64,000 nucleotides of DNA, from the sequence record MH252123.1, one strand, 5' to 3'. The notes under the pieces are model-generated. The model was not told the origin of the DNA, searched no databases, and saw only the letters and a program-made list of their open reading frames with translations. Source of the DNA: Klebsiella phage ZCKP1. The position numbers were made by a program, and so were the translations under genes. Of this stretch, positions 18,937 through 28,949 are shown piece by piece (within the stretch, counting starts at the first letter, position 1; every line of letters starts with the position of its first letter).

Positions 18937-19542
18937 CTAGGCCCACCACGCATCAAGATTTAAGTTACTGTCTACCACAACTTGTTCTATGTGGTAGCCT
19001 TTTATCTGTATCCCACTGTTCAAGAGCATATCATACGCTTCATTGAAACGCAACTTATCTTCTGCGGAATATAAGCGAGCATTATAAAATCGGTAATCAA
19101 TTTCTTCTGCATTAGAAGAAATACGGAAGAAGTTTGTTTCTACTTCGGGATCACTTGCTGAAGTCTTAATGTGAACTTCTCCATAATTTTCTTTACTTAG
19201 ATCCATGAAAAGAACACAGGCAACATGTTTAAACATTCGTTCCAGTTTGTAACGAACAACATTGAAACCTGCATTCTCAAGTTTTTCTACACACTGCAAC
19301 ATTAAAGTAGTGTCGAGATCGCTTTGATACTTTGTTAACATACGATCACGTTGAGACTTTGTATCCCGATGTAAATCAATTGTTGTGCATTTGGCACCAA
19401 TAATCTTAGCTGCTTTCATCAACTCTTCAGAACTAACGTTAGATAAAGTAAGATGAAAATGGGCTTTCCACACTTTTTTAGCAGGGACACCAAAAGATTT
19501 ATCCCCACTATTCGGCATGTTGACTACTACACTATGTTGCAT
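18937..19542 (-). CDS. hypothetical protein, 201 aa
   Basis: ORF track. Confidence 0.5.
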   Translation of the reverse strand: MQHSVVVNMPNSGDKSFGVPAKKVWKAHFHLTLSNVSSEELMKAAKIIGAKCTTIDLHRDTKSQRDRMLTKYQSDLDTTLMLQCVEKLENAGFNVVRYKLERMFKHVACVLFMDLSKENYGEVHIKTSASDPEVETNFFRISSNAEEIDYRFYNARLYSAEDKLRFNEAYDMLLNSGIQIKGYHIEQVVVDSNLNLDAWWA

Positions 19543-19557
19543 TACTTATCTCCTCAC

Positions 19558-19782
19558 TTAAAATGGAAGTCTTTGAAGTTCATCTCCTCCGATATCAAGT
19601 AATTTAGCAACATCTCGATCAGAAAGCAACTCTTTTCTTTGTAAAATATCCACAAGGGTTGCAAGAATGTCCTTAACGTCCCGATCACTGTTCTTCAAAA
19701 GTTCTCCTGCCGTCCCTACTCTATCTCCTACAGCAAAATATGTAACCATGAAACCTCCTAAGTTAATCTGATTGCCAACCAC
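19558..19782 (-). CDS. hypothetical protein, 74 aa
   Basis: ORF track; overlaps the nrdG stop. Confidence 0.35.
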   Translation of the reverse strand: MVGNQINLGGFMVTYFAVGDRVGTAGELLKNSDRDVKDILATLVDILQRKELLSDRDVAKLLDIGGDELQRLPF

Positions 19783-20233
19783 TTGCCGTTTTGGTCCATA
19801 ATCTTTGATTATCTGACCCTCTGAAAGGTTTTGTAGTTGGATTGTTTATTTCATACTTTCCGTCTACAATAATGTCAACAAGATTTTTAATATACAAAGG
19901 CACTTCCTCAAAAGTATATCCTGTATACACCATTATATCTTTGCTTGACCCATAAACGTCTCTAACCTTTTCTATAAGGCTTTTAACATTGTAAATATTC
20001 TGCGGATCTAATGGTTCTCCTCCTAAAATTGTTAAACCTTTTACAAACGGTCTTGACAAATCTTTTAAAACTTGCTCTACATTTTCGTGAGTAAACGGTT
20101 TCCCGTAAGAATAAGACCAGGCTTTCTGGTTAAAACAGCCACGACAACCGTGGCTACAACCACTAACCCAGAGGGAGCACCTAACTCCCTCACCATTAAT
20201 AAGATCTACAGGTTCATATCCTGCAAAATTCAA
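19763..20233 (-). CDS. nrdG: anaerobic ribonucleotide reductase activating protein (radical SAM)
   Basis: 156 aa; CSHGCRGC = CxxxCxxC; immediately downstream of nrdD. Confidence 0.85.
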   Translation of the reverse strand: MNFAGYEPVDLINGEGVRCSLWVSGCSHGCRGCFNQKAWSYSYGKPFTHENVEQVLKDLSRPFVKGLTILGGEPLDPQNIYNVKSLIEKVRDVYGSSKDIMVYTGYTFEEVPLYIKNLVDIIVDGKYEINNPTTKPFRGSDNQRLWTKTASGWQSD

Positions 20234-22044
20234 AGATGTTTCTCCCTTTGCAAAACTTCCTGCATTTTACCTTTGTTATAAGGCCGTGAATTAGGGGCAG
20301 AAAGATACCCTGATACACGTCTAACTACAGAAATAGTTTCTTCTTCATGGTTGCCACAATCAGGGCACTCAAACCCTTTAGCCGTTGCCTTAAATTCTCC
20401 ATGAAAACCACACTTAAAGCATTGATCCACGGGCTGATTAATACCAAAATAGTGAATATGTTCATAAGCGTAGTCTACTAAAGTCTCCAAAGCTTCTAAG
20501 TTATTCTTTAAGTTTGGTGTTTCGACATAACTTATGTTACCACCATTGCTAATCTGCGCAAAACCTGCTTCATAATCCCATTTTTCAAAAGGATTTGTTA
20601 CCAACCATACAGGTTGATGAAAAGAGTTGGTAAGATAGTCTCTTTCTACCAAACCTGGGTATTTTTCATTTAAAGCTGTTGCAAACTTATAGCACAAGGA
20701 TTCTGCTGGAGTTCCATAGAGACTAAACGCCAGTTTAGATCGTTCTTTAAACACAGCACACACATCTTTCATATGTTGCAGAATGTTTTTACCAAGTTCC
20801 TTTTTATCTTTTTCTTCTGGATAAAGGATTTCCAAAGCTTCAGCAAGACCTACATAACCAATACTAATAGAAGCATAACCATCTTCAAACAAAACACCAA
20901 TTTCATCGTTGGCATTTAAACGCGCTAAAGCCCCTTCCATGAAAAGAATAGGGTTTTCAGATGCTTTGGTATGTCTAATACGGTTTACACGTAGCATGTG
21001 AGCATCATAGGCTATCTCCATATGCTTATTAAGAAGATCGGTGAAAGATTCTCCTTTGCTTCTCGCTTCCGCAGCAATCAGAGGCAAGTTGATAGAAACT
21101 ACTCCAAGGTTGAATCGTCCATCATATTTTTCTCCTTGTTCTGTGGCATAGTACGACAAAAAGGAACGACAGCCCATACTCGTAACGGTACCATCTGCTG
21201 ATCCCGTAACTTCTTTGTTCAAAGGAACAGAAATAAAATCTGGATAAATACGATCAGCACAACATGCCAAAGCTTGTTGCTTAAGGTCATAGTTAGGATC
21301 ACTAGGTTTCATGTTAACACCTTCTTGTAAAAAGAAAATAACTTTAGGGAATACAGGCGTTACATGATCTTTGCCTAGACCATTACTATGCACTTTAAGA
21401 TAGTTAGCTGTGATCATTCTGCCAAAAACAGAGGTATCCAGACCCATACTGATCGTAATAAAAGGAGATTGTCCATTTACACTCATTAAAGTATTAACCT
21501 GATACAAGAGAGTTTGCATAGCATCATATACATCTTGTTCAGTCATTTCTAGGGCTTCTTTCCTTGCATAACAACCGTAGCGACGTTTGGTTATCTCCAT
21601 GTTTTTAAGGAAACTAGCTTCAACATAAGGACTAAGACCTTTATCAATGTGCGCACACGTCTGACCGCCATACTGACTGGAGGCAACAGCTTGGATGATT
21701 TGAGTTAGCACTGTAGTAGCTACTCCAATAGATTTTGGTTTTTCTATCTGTGCAGCACCGATCTTAAAACCATTCTCTAACATATCTTGATAATTAACAA
21801 GACAACAGTTTGTAAGAGGAGAGAGTAGATAATCCAAGTCGTGAATATGTCCAAAACCTTCTGTATGCCATTCTGACAAGTTTTTTGGCAGTATCTGTGT
21901 CATTGCCATATGTTTGCTTAAAATCCCCGCCAAGAGATCCCTGTGCGTGTTAACGAGGTGGGAAGGTTTGTTTGCATTCTCTCTAGTGTATGTTTCTGAA
22001 GTGCGATCTAAAAAAGAAAAAACATCTTGGTACAAATCTTTCAT
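20230..22044 (-). CDS. nrdD: anaerobic ribonucleoside-triphosphate reductase (class III, glycyl radical)
   Basis: 604 aa (T4 NrdD size); C-terminal Cys4 zinc site CFKCGF...CPDCG and glycyl-radical motif RVSGYL. Confidence 0.9.
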   Translation of the reverse strand: MKDLYQDVFSFLDRTSETYTRENANKPSHLVNTHRDLLAGILSKHMAMTQILPKNLSEWHTEGFGHIHDLDYLLSPLTNCCLVNYQDMLENGFKIGAAQIEKPKSIGVATTVLTQIIQAVASSQYGGQTCAHIDKGLSPYVEASFLKNMEITKRRYGCYARKEALEMTEQDVYDAMQTLLYQVNTLMSVNGQSPFITISMGLDTSVFGRMITANYLKVHSNGLGKDHVTPVFPKVIFFLQEGVNMKPSDPNYDLKQQALACCADRIYPDFISVPLNKEVTGSADGTVTSMGCRSFLSYYATEQGEKYDGRFNLGVVSINLPLIAAEARSKGESFTDLLNKHMEIAYDAHMLRVNRIRHTKASENPILFMEGALARLNANDEIGVLFEDGYASISIGYVGLAEALEILYPEEKDKKELGKNILQHMKDVCAVFKERSKLAFSLYGTPAESLCYKFATALNEKYPGLVERDYLTNSFHQPVWLVTNPFEKWDYEAGFAQISNGGNISYVETPNLKNNLEALETLVDYAYEHIHYFGINQPVDQCFKCGFHGEFKATAKGFECPDCGNHEEETISVVRRVSGYLSAPNSRPYNKGKMQEVLQREKHL

Positions 22045-22109
22045 TATTAATCCTTATTTTGTGAGTAGAACTATTATTCTACCTCTTTCAACCGAAAAAA
22101 GCTTTGAGG

Positions 22110-22138
22110 GAAATCAAAAAAGGCGCAAAGTGCGCCTT
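22110..22138 (-). terminator. intrinsic terminator between the 449-aa gene and nrdD (AAGGCGCActttGCGCCTT plus TTTTTTGATTT)
   Basis: seen on reverse complement. Confidence 0.65.
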
Positions 22139-22144
22139 TAAGTT

Positions 22145-23494
22145 TTATCGTTTGGAGAGGAATTGTCTTCCCATGATCTTACCATTCTTTACAGCGGTCC
22201 CATCATGTCCATTATAATCCCAAGTTCCGTCGATATTACGCAAGAAACTATCACGAACAGTGTAGGCTTTACCGTTCTCTACTTTACTTTCTTCCACAAT
22301 GATCGCCATAACAAGCTTATTTTCAATTTCGGTAGTAACCGATTCTTTGATACCCTCTGTAACTTCACGATCATATTGGATATAAACTCGCTCCTCGGTC
22401 ACTTGCACGTCTACCACATTTTTAAATGTGTAGGTCTGTTGTGTAGTGTAGAGGACACGAACGACACTCTTCTTACCTACTGGCGGCTTCTGACGACGTT
22501 TGCGGTAACGTGGAGACGGGTTAAGTTTAATATAGCCTACAATGTCTGATCCATCTCCAGAGTGGCTCCAATAAAGTGTCTCTGCCAACAAACCTTTTCC
22601 TTGGTCCCCATTTCGAAAAAGAACATCAACAGGACCATCACAAGGGCGTTTACCTCCGATGTGGGCTTGGTATTTTGCTGTTCTTGGGAGAACAAAATAT
22701 TCTTCAATCTGCCATTCACTATCGTATTTCTCCCACTCAAAGTGGTTGGCTTTGCATACTTCTAAAACACCATTTTTGTAACGGACTTGAACAAAATCCT
22801 CACAAGGTTGAATACCTGTATTAGGAATATAGGTAGGCTCTGTGTCTTCTGGTTCAAAAGTCTCTTTTTGTTGTTCCACATCTTCCACTTTTCTTACATG
22901 CTTAGTATAAAACATATCTTTAAACTCCTGTGCTTCAACCTCAACTGCAAATTCATGTTCTCTGACAGCCGGAGGCACAAGGCTTCCACACTCAAGATGT
23001 AGAGCATCCAGACCTGCCATTTTATCGTAAAAGATAACTTTTCGATACTTCTTACCGTCTTCTGGAATAGCAGGGTCTACTCGTTTAAGACGGGAAGCAT
23101 CGCTTTTAGTCCAAAAACTCTTCCCTGTTGTATTATTGAAAGTAGTAATCATTTCTCCAATTTCTTCTTCAGAAAGGTTACTAGTGTCTGTGTAAACATC
23201 TTCAATTTTTAGCATTTTAGTTTTCTTAAAAATTAAATCTAGCATTGCATCTCCTGTAAAACGTAGTTCATTATCTCCTACTGTCGGCTCTCCAGTAAAT
23301 TCATCGGTCCCGACTGTGTGACAGATGTATGGAAAATTTGTGCAACCGTGTAAAAGAGCATATTGTCCTGTAAGTTTAGGATCTGTCTCTTTAGTCCAAC
23401 CATATGCAATCTCAATAGCTTTGCAAAGCCTATCGAACAAGCCCCGATTGTTTGCCGCTGTTACCAAATCTTGCTTATGTGCATATACATTCAT
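22145..23494 (-). CDS. hypothetical protein, 449 aa
   Basis: ORF track; followed by an intrinsic terminator. Confidence 0.55.
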   Translation of the reverse strand: MNVYAHKQDLVTAANNRGLFDRLCKAIEIAYGWTKETDPKLTGQYALLHGCTNFPYICHTVGTDEFTGEPTVGDNELRFTGDAMLDLIFKKTKMLKIEDVYTDTSNLSEEEIGEMITTFNNTTGKSFWTKSDASRLKRVDPAIPEDGKKYRKVIFYDKMAGLDALHLECGSLVPPAVREHEFAVEVEAQEFKDMFYTKHVRKVEDVEQQKETFEPEDTEPTYIPNTGIQPCEDFVQVRYKNGVLEVCKANHFEWEKYDSEWQIEEYFVLPRTAKYQAHIGGKRPCDGPVDVLFRNGDQGKGLLAETLYWSHSGDGSDIVGYIKLNPSPRYRKRRQKPPVGKKSVVRVLYTTQQTYTFKNVVDVQVTEERVYIQYDREVTEGIKESVTTEIENKLVMAIIVEESKVENGKAYTVRDSFLRNIDGTWDYNGHDGTAVKNGKIMGRQFLSKR

Positions 23495-24045
23495 AATAAC
23501 CCTCCTCGTTTTATTGCAATAGATGCCCTAGGCTCTGCGATACCAGTGGCGTATAAATATGGATGACCTTGTGGAGAAGTTCTCATCCCAAACGAACCTA
23601 ATTCTAACCCATACATATCTTCCACGTCAAGACCAATATCTGTCTCTATGATTTGAGTTTGAACTTTGTAATACGTCCAAAAGAAATAGCGCATAGTTTC
23701 GGCATATTCTTTGACGGACGCTCCTGGATAAAACTCAATAATTTCCAACTTTAAGAAAATGTTAAAATGAGCATCATCCAACTCTTCTTCTGTTCGGTAG
23801 CAAGGTGTTAGAGCCATATAAGGATGATCTGTTGAAAATTCAAACCCATCTTTCTCCATCTGGAGGAAAGACTGCTCTGCACTGGCTACGTAGAACTTAC
23901 CATTAGGATGCCCCAAGGGGCGATCCTCTTTACCTTCTGGTAATGTATATGCAAGGATATCCGCATCTACAAGATAAGGGGCTTCCAACATCTCCGCAAA
24001 TCGCCCGTAGTAATCAATAGCTTGAGCAATAACAGCTACGTTCAT
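23491..24045 (-). CDS. hypothetical protein, 184 aa
   Basis: ORF track. Confidence 0.5.
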   Translation of the reverse strand: MNVAVIAQAIDYYGRFAEMLEAPYLVDADILAYTLPEGKEDRPLGHPNGKFYVASAEQSFLQMEKDGFEFSTDHPYMALTPCYRTEEELDDAHFNIFLKLEIIEFYPGASVKEYAETMRYFFWTYYKVQTQIIETDIGLDVEDMYGLELGSFGMRTSPQGHPYLYATGIAEPRASIAIKRGGLL

Positions 24046-24293
24046 GATCTTCCTCCTGTGCGGAAAGCGCGTTTAGTAATGTTGGACATAATGATTAAGT
24101 CTTGTAAAGTCATATCTGGGAACTGTTGTTCTAAAACTCCCTCGACAGCACCTATAATATCTGATAATTCAACAAGTTGCATTATTTTGCAATCCTGCTC
24201 AACAGCATCAAAAAGTTCTTCTACTTCCTCTTTAATCTTTTCTATGCTGCCATAAGGTTGTTTCTTAATGTCTCTTATGTGATACCCTGCCAT
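24042..24293 (-). CDS. small helical protein, possibly MazG-like NTP pyrophosphohydrolase (weak)
   Basis: 83 aa; EEVEELFDAVEQD...ELSDIIGAVEGVLEQ resembles the MazG EExxE/ExxD pattern. Confidence 0.35.
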   Translation of the reverse strand: MAGYHIRDIKKQPYGSIEKIKEEVEELFDAVEQDCKIMQLVELSDIIGAVEGVLEQQFPDMTLQDLIIMSNITKRAFRTGGRS

Positions 24294-25886
24294 TTAACGA
24301 TCCTCTCTGATTTGATTAATCTTACGAGCAAGGGCAGCTATAAGCTTATCTTCTTCAGATACAGGAGCCGTGCTCTTACCTAAACGATGCATGTCTAGAA
24401 TCTCTTGAACAGTCCGGTTCCATTGTAGACATTTAATACAACGTGTATGTGCAACATACAGAAGATTTCGTTCTGATTCTTCAAGACCTACCCACTCACC
24501 CTTCTTATCATAATTAGAAGGAAAGTCATTTGCAACAATAACCTGATCCCATTCCAAACCTTTTGATTTGTGGGCTGTAGTTAAAGTAACTTTAGCCGTT
24601 GGAGAGTTACGGTGCATACGTAAAGTGTATGCAATATTATTAGCTTTACCAGAAACAACAATGTTTAAAAGTCGTTTTGCATCAGGATCTGATTCTGCAC
24701 ACTCTACAAATTCTTCCCAAGAAGTGTAAGGGAGAACTGTCTCATGCTTAACTTTGTCCAAATCACCTCTACGTAAAGCATTAACACTATCAACCATAGA
24801 AATGAAATCTTTGGTATCTACGTTAATAATAATCTCTTCTCCGTTAGCGATTCGGTCCATAGCTTCGAGCAACAGAGTCAAATTCTTACGGAAAATAATG
24901 GTGTAAGGTTTACTATAATCTACCACATCAGAATGAAAACTTCCAGTGACAGTATCATAACCTTTGCCTACCAGCGGATGCTTCAGAGGTGAACGATCAG
25001 AAAGGATCGCATTAGCAATGTCCGCAACTTTAGGACCAAAGCGAAAACAAGCTGTCAGAGGCAACTCAACCCCATATGTAGCCGTTTGCTTCATCATGTT
25101 CTGGCTTCCACGGAACTGATAAATACTCTGAAATTCATCACCCACAACAACAATACGTTTAGCCGATTTAGCATTGCGAAGGATAGACAGGAATGCAGGG
25201 TTAACATCCTGGAATTCATCTCCAAAAATAATATCGTATCCTAGATCTTCTTTGCTCAATTCAAAGAGTTTCACATAGGTGTCATGAGTCATAATGGTTT
25301 CTGATTTAGGATCAATACGCTCACGCCAAAGTTGCTTCGCATATTTAACAACTTCGTTAATAAGTTTTTGTTCGTTGATGTTCTTACGTTTAAGATCTGA
25401 CATATGCACTTTAGGAAAATGTTTATGTCCAATATGTTCATCGTCAGAAAACTCATATTTAGCTAAAGTTTGTTTTACCATTAACCCGATCATTGCACGA
25501 GTCAGTAGCACTTTACCATTCTTATCGATCAAGTTTTGAATCTTGAATTTTTTGGCAATCTCGCTACCAGTTCCAGCTACGTTAACATATTGACCTTCTG
25601 GACGAGACAATTTGTGTCGAAGGTTTTGTGGAAGACGCTGGTAACAGATTGAATGTAGCGTTCGGCACATAACATTAGGCGGCATTTTACGTCGAGCTTC
25701 CTCTGCCATACTTTTGTTAAATGCCAAATATAGAATACTATCATTTGTGCCATTAGCCAACATATACAGTGTTGACGTTTTACCTGATCCAGATTTAGCT
25801 TGAATTGTAACGAAACGATTTTCTTTATACCCGCTTTCAATAGCATATTGTTCATCAGTAGGTGTAAAACTCAATTGTGTAGACAC
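24294..25886 (-). CDS. UvrD/PcrA-like superfamily 1 DNA helicase
   Basis: 530 aa; Walker A AKSGSGKTST, motifs FGDEFQD and VVVGDEFQSIYQFRG. Confidence 0.85.
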   Translation of the reverse strand: MSTQLSFTPTDEQYAIESGYKENRFVTIQAKSGSGKTSTLYMLANGTNDSILYLAFNKSMAEEARRKMPPNVMCRTLHSICYQRLPQNLRHKLSRPEGQYVNVAGTGSEIAKKFKIQNLIDKNGKVLLTRAMIGLMVKQTLAKYEFSDDEHIGHKHFPKVHMSDLKRKNINEQKLINEVVKYAKQLWRERIDPKSETIMTHDTYVKLFELSKEDLGYDIIFGDEFQDVNPAFLSILRNAKSAKRIVVVGDEFQSIYQFRGSQNMMKQTATYGVELPLTACFRFGPKVADIANAILSDRSPLKHPLVGKGYDTVTGSFHSDVVDYSKPYTIIFRKNLTLLLEAMDRIANGEEIIINVDTKDFISMVDSVNALRRGDLDKVKHETVLPYTSWEEFVECAESDPDAKRLLNIVVSGKANNIAYTLRMHRNSPTAKVTLTTAHKSKGLEWDQVIVANDFPSNYDKKGEWVGLEESERNLLYVAHTRCIKCLQWNRTVQEILDMHRLGKSTAPVSEEDKLIAALARKINQIREDR

Positions 25887-25900
25887 GTATTTCTCCTCTC

Positions 25901-26410
25901 TTAATAAAAACTCTTGACAATCCTCATCATTTCCTTAGCTCTGCTGGCATAAGGTTCTTTTAGATTAGGTGGCAAATGTGCATTAATGTACCCCATTTGT
26001 TTTTCCCATGTCCACTTATCTTTAAATCTTGGCATGGTATCTCCTGCTAAACTGTTTTCTTTTCGTGTTTGAATGATCCAATTACATGGAAAATGCACAC
26101 CACCTTTACGGAAGGGAATATAATGCCCCAATGTGAATGCCTTATTGTTCTTTAAACGTCCAGCTAAATTAAGATTAACAATAAGACTACGAAACACGTA
26201 GTATTGATAAAGATTGTCAACAGTATATACAGAGTAGTATGCTCTAAGTGCATTATCTCTACTAAGATTACCAACATCCAAACTGCACCAGTTTAAATTA
26301 CTTGGATCGTAGTTGTGATTATCAATCCATTCTTCTCTTTCCTCAAATTCTGCATTAACAGCAGATTGCCCTGCTGTAGATACAAAAAGAGAATTTGCAT
26401 CAAAGAACAT
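25901..26410 (-). CDS. hypothetical protein, 169 aa
   Basis: ORF track. Confidence 0.5.
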   Translation of the reverse strand: MFFDANSLFVSTAGQSAVNAEFEEREEWIDNHNYDPSNLNWCSLDVGNLSRDNALRAYYSVYTVDNLYQYYVFRSLIVNLNLAGRLKNNKAFTLGHYIPFRKGGVHFPCNWIIQTRKENSLAGDTMPRFKDKWTWEKQMGYINAHLPPNLKEPYASRAKEMMRIVKSFY

Positions 26411-26420
26411 ACTCCCTCCT

Positions 26421-26831
26421 TTAGTTTACATCGTTTAGAGCATTACCAATCTTTAAGATAATAACATCGTTAAGAGCTTCTTCTCCATTAAGACCAGAGA
26501 AAGCAGGAGTAACGAAAGTTACCATATAATAATGGTCTTCTTGTAGGATTGCGATAACGCCGTCTAGTTTAACATCTCCTGTGAAACGAAAAACTTTCAA
26601 CTTTTGTTCTAAAGGAAGATCTCCTTCAACATTTAAAACCATATCTCCGACACCAAACTTTTCTGCCCCGATGTAGATGTAAGCTTGGTCCTCTTTTTTA
26701 TGGTAATACAATGTTGCTTGTTTGTCTTGTAGTGTTGTGATACCAAACACATCTACATCAATAATATTTTTCAAAAATTCTCCTCCCAAATCCAATAATT
26801 GTCTACATAAGTAGGATGCTTTTTGTCCCAC
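26421..26831 (-). CDS. hypothetical protein, 136 aa (N-terminal extent uncertain)
   Basis: ORF track; overlaps the upstream gene by 60 nt, so the true start is probably internal. Confidence 0.4.
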   Translation of the reverse strand: MGQKASYLCRQLLDLGGEFLKNIIDVDVFGITTLQDKQATLYYHKKEDQAYIYIGAEKFGVGDMVLNVEGDLPLEQKLKVFRFTGDVKLDGVIAILQEDHYYMVTFVTPAFSGLNGEEALNDVIILKIGNALNDVN

Positions 26832-27139
26832 TCTTTTCTAGCCCAGGCCACGGCTGCTACCAATACATCTCCATGACAAGGTTGAGGGGAGCAGAAGCAA
26901 ACTAAATCTTTCCCTTCTAACTCTAATAAATCTTCAAGAGTGATCTTACCACAACGAATTTGCTCCCACAACCACTCTTTATACCTTTGTATAGTTGATC
27001 CTCGTGGTTCATCATCTTTTAACTTAAAAGGGTTTGCAAACTTAGAGGCTTTTAGTCCCATATGTGGCATTGCTCTACCAATATAAACAGCACCATCTGG
27101 GATTGTTTTGCCTAAATGGTAAAAGTTTAATACCTTCAT
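26771..27139 (-). CDS. DUF4326-like protein
   Basis: 122 aa; YIGR...SKFANPF...Y..WL...GKDLVCFCSPQPCHGDVL pattern. Confidence 0.45.
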   Translation of the reverse strand: MKVLNFYHLGKTIPDGAVYIGRAMPHMGLKASKFANPFKLKDDEPRGSTIQRYKEWLWEQIRCGKITLEDLLELEGKDLVCFCSPQPCHGDVLVAAVAWARKEWDKKHPTYVDNYWIWEENF

Positions 27140-27140
27140 A

Positions 27141-27503
27141 TTAACCTAAACACATACGTGCGATCAGACCTTGGATGAGTTTATCTGCTTCTTCACGATC
27201 ATAGTCGGTATCTTCTATACCACCATCTTCGTCACGATAAACTTTACCTTCTAGGTAGCCAGCATCGATCAAACCAATAATCAAATCGAACTGCCAGCAA
27301 GAGTTACCGAAAGGGCGTTTTCCACTGAAACTATCTTCTTCTTCCCAAAGCGTAGAGAGCAGTCGTCTGAAATATTCACGCACAGTAACAGTGCCAAGAT
27401 CATCGTCTTCAAAAACAACATCTAAAGCATCTGGTTCAGCTTTCTCTACAACAGGCACATAACGTTGACCATTAATAACAACATCTACGATTGTTTCTCT
27501 CAT
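27141..27503 (-). CDS. hypothetical protein, 120 aa
   Basis: ORF track. Confidence 0.45.
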   Translation of the reverse strand: MRETIVDVVINGQRYVPVVEKAEPDALDVVFEDDDLGTVTVREYFRRLLSTLWEEEDSFSGKRPFGNSCWQFDLIIGLIDAGYLEGKVYRDEDGGIEDTDYDREEADKLIQGLIARMCLG

Positions 27504-27862
27504 TTTTCCTCCTTTTTGTATTCAATGAACATATCTGCATAGTAAGCTTTACGTTCTTCAAATTTAGCAGGGTTTACCACAATGAACAACACCTTTCGGT
27601 TGTCTTGTGGTTCTTTGACTGTAATATATAAATCTTTTGTGCAATAGAAACCTGTGGCTTTGTAAGCGTCACCCCAATTATCCACTCCACGATCTATACG
27701 ATCAAACTTGCAGTTATACTTTTTATCATCCACCTGGTAGACAGCTTCACCACCATACCAAGTGAAGAATTGGCTACCTTCCACCCCAATCTTGAAACCA
27801 TCACGGGCGGCTGTAGCATTGGTGGCAATCATCAACATCAGGACACAAAGTAGCCTTTTCAT
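27500..27862 (-). CDS. exported protein with signal peptide, 120 aa
   Basis: MKRLLCVLMLMIATNATAA. Confidence 0.5.
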   Translation of the reverse strand: MKRLLCVLMLMIATNATAARDGFKIGVEGSQFFTWYGGEAVYQVDDKKYNCKFDRIDRGVDNWGDAYKATGFYCTKDLYITVKEPQDNRKVLFIVVNPAKFEERKAYYADMFIEYKKEEK

Positions 27863-28168
27863 TTAGAATTCCTCTTCAGTCTTCTGTCGGTTTTTGAAGA
27901 ATACTACGTCATATACCTCTCCGTAACCATCATTCACACAAAACATAATAAAACGATCATCTTCTGCTGTTGGTGCACGATGTTCAAGTTCAAAACTTTC
28001 AATAAAACCGCGTGAATTTACGTAGTAGATTTCATCCTCACCAGAGAACATCCAATCCCTGTCTATCAGATAGAAAGCTAAACTCACAGGCGACAACTCA
28101 TCCTTCACAGAATCATTGTACAGCATGTGGGCTGCAACTGCCAAGCTTAAAGTCGGATTATACAACAT
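27863..28168 (-). CDS. hypothetical protein, tandem paralog 1
   Basis: shares YxxSxxFxESxELEHRxPxxEDDxFIMFxVNxGxGExxxVVF with 28168..28476. Confidence 0.5.
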   Translation of the reverse strand: MLYNPTLSLAVAAHMLYNDSVKDELSPVSLAFYLIDRDWMFSGEDEIYYVNSRGFIESFELEHRAPTAEDDRFIMFCVNDGYGEVYDVVFFKNRQKTEEEF

Positions 28169-28476
28169 TACACCTCCTCGTCAGACTCATCTGCTTTAGA
28201 GAATACAACATTAAACGTTTCACCGCAACCATTATTTACGAAATACATGATAAAGTTTTCATCTTCGTCTACAGGGCCACGGTATTCCAGTTCGTAGCTA
28301 TACAGAGAACTATCGCTTGTGGCTCCCTGCGGATACCAGAAATAGATCTCATCGAAAGATTTAACCCACTTCAAACCTGTACGATCCTCAAACACTAATG
28401 AGGAAGGATTGTCAGCATCTTTGACAGCTTCTTCATAATCCTGGTGGAACTTGACTGCTGTTGATAATGTGCTCAT
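28168..28476 (-). CDS. hypothetical protein, tandem paralog 2
   Basis: start refined to the ATG at 28476 (RBS GAGGAGG); the track's longer ORF has no RBS. Confidence 0.5.
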   Translation of the reverse strand: MSTLSTAVKFHQDYEEAVKDADNPSSLVFEDRTGLKWVKSFDEIYFWYPQGATSDSSLYSYELEYRGPVDEDENFIMYFVNNGCGETFNVVFSKADESDEEV

Positions 28477-28649
28477 TATGCCTCCTCGTAATGTTTGCAA
28501 ACAACGTGTCTCCACGTCTTCTTATAATGTTCTCGCTTCGTCATAGCTTCTTGATAAGAGGGAATACGCTGTAACAGAAGTCTCCATTCGCAGTCTACGC
28601 CCATACGTCCGTACAAAGCATAACGAACATTGTTTTTCTTGTCTTGCAT
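28476..28649 (-). CDS. unlisted small ORF, 57 aa (MQDKKNNVRYALYG...)
   Basis: ATG at 28649 with GGAGGGAG RBS; stop overlaps the downstream ATG; fills an otherwise empty 170-nt gap. Confidence 0.35.
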   Translation of the reverse strand: MQDKKNNVRYALYGRMGVDCEWRLLLQRIPSYQEAMTKREHYKKTWRHVVCKHYEEA

Positions 28650-28668
28650 ACTCCCTCCGATCAGTTAA

Positions 28669-28866
28669 TTAAACTTTTTCCCAAGTACCAAAAGCACAGG
28701 AAGGGTAGATTCCAACTTGAGGGTTTCCGTTATCATCTTTGAAAGTAAAACTGTTGTTGTCTTTATCAAGAACTGTAGAATAAATCTTACCAACAGTAAC
28801 GCAGTTGGAAGCTTGACCCAGTTCAGTGAGAGTAAGACATTTCATTTTCTGTTTCTTTGTAGCCAT
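28669..28866 (-). CDS. hypothetical protein, 65 aa
   Basis: ORF track; a sigma70-like promoter lies upstream at 28898..28927. Confidence 0.4.
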   Translation of the reverse strand: MATKKQKMKCLTLTELGQASNCVTVGKIYSTVLDKDNNSFTFKDDNGNPQVGIYPSCAFGTWEKV

Positions 28867-28897
28867 TTATAAAAATCTCCTTAGTAAGTGAATCTTT

Positions 28898-28927
28898 ATT
28901 CTACACAAAGAGCTTTACACATGTCAA
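28898..28927 (-). promoter_or_regulatory. sigma70-like promoter TTGACA-N18-TAGAAT; the -35 is embedded in inverted repeat CAAAGAG...CTCTTTG
   Basis: seen on reverse complement. Confidence 0.5.
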
Positions 28928-28949
28928 GTAACTCTTTGTCAGATTAGTC

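Noticed and set aside
26421-26831. Full-length 136-aa ORF overlapping the DUF4326-like gene by 60 nt
   Set aside because: Kept, but flagged as uncertain. The overlap suggests an internal start I could not pin down by eye.
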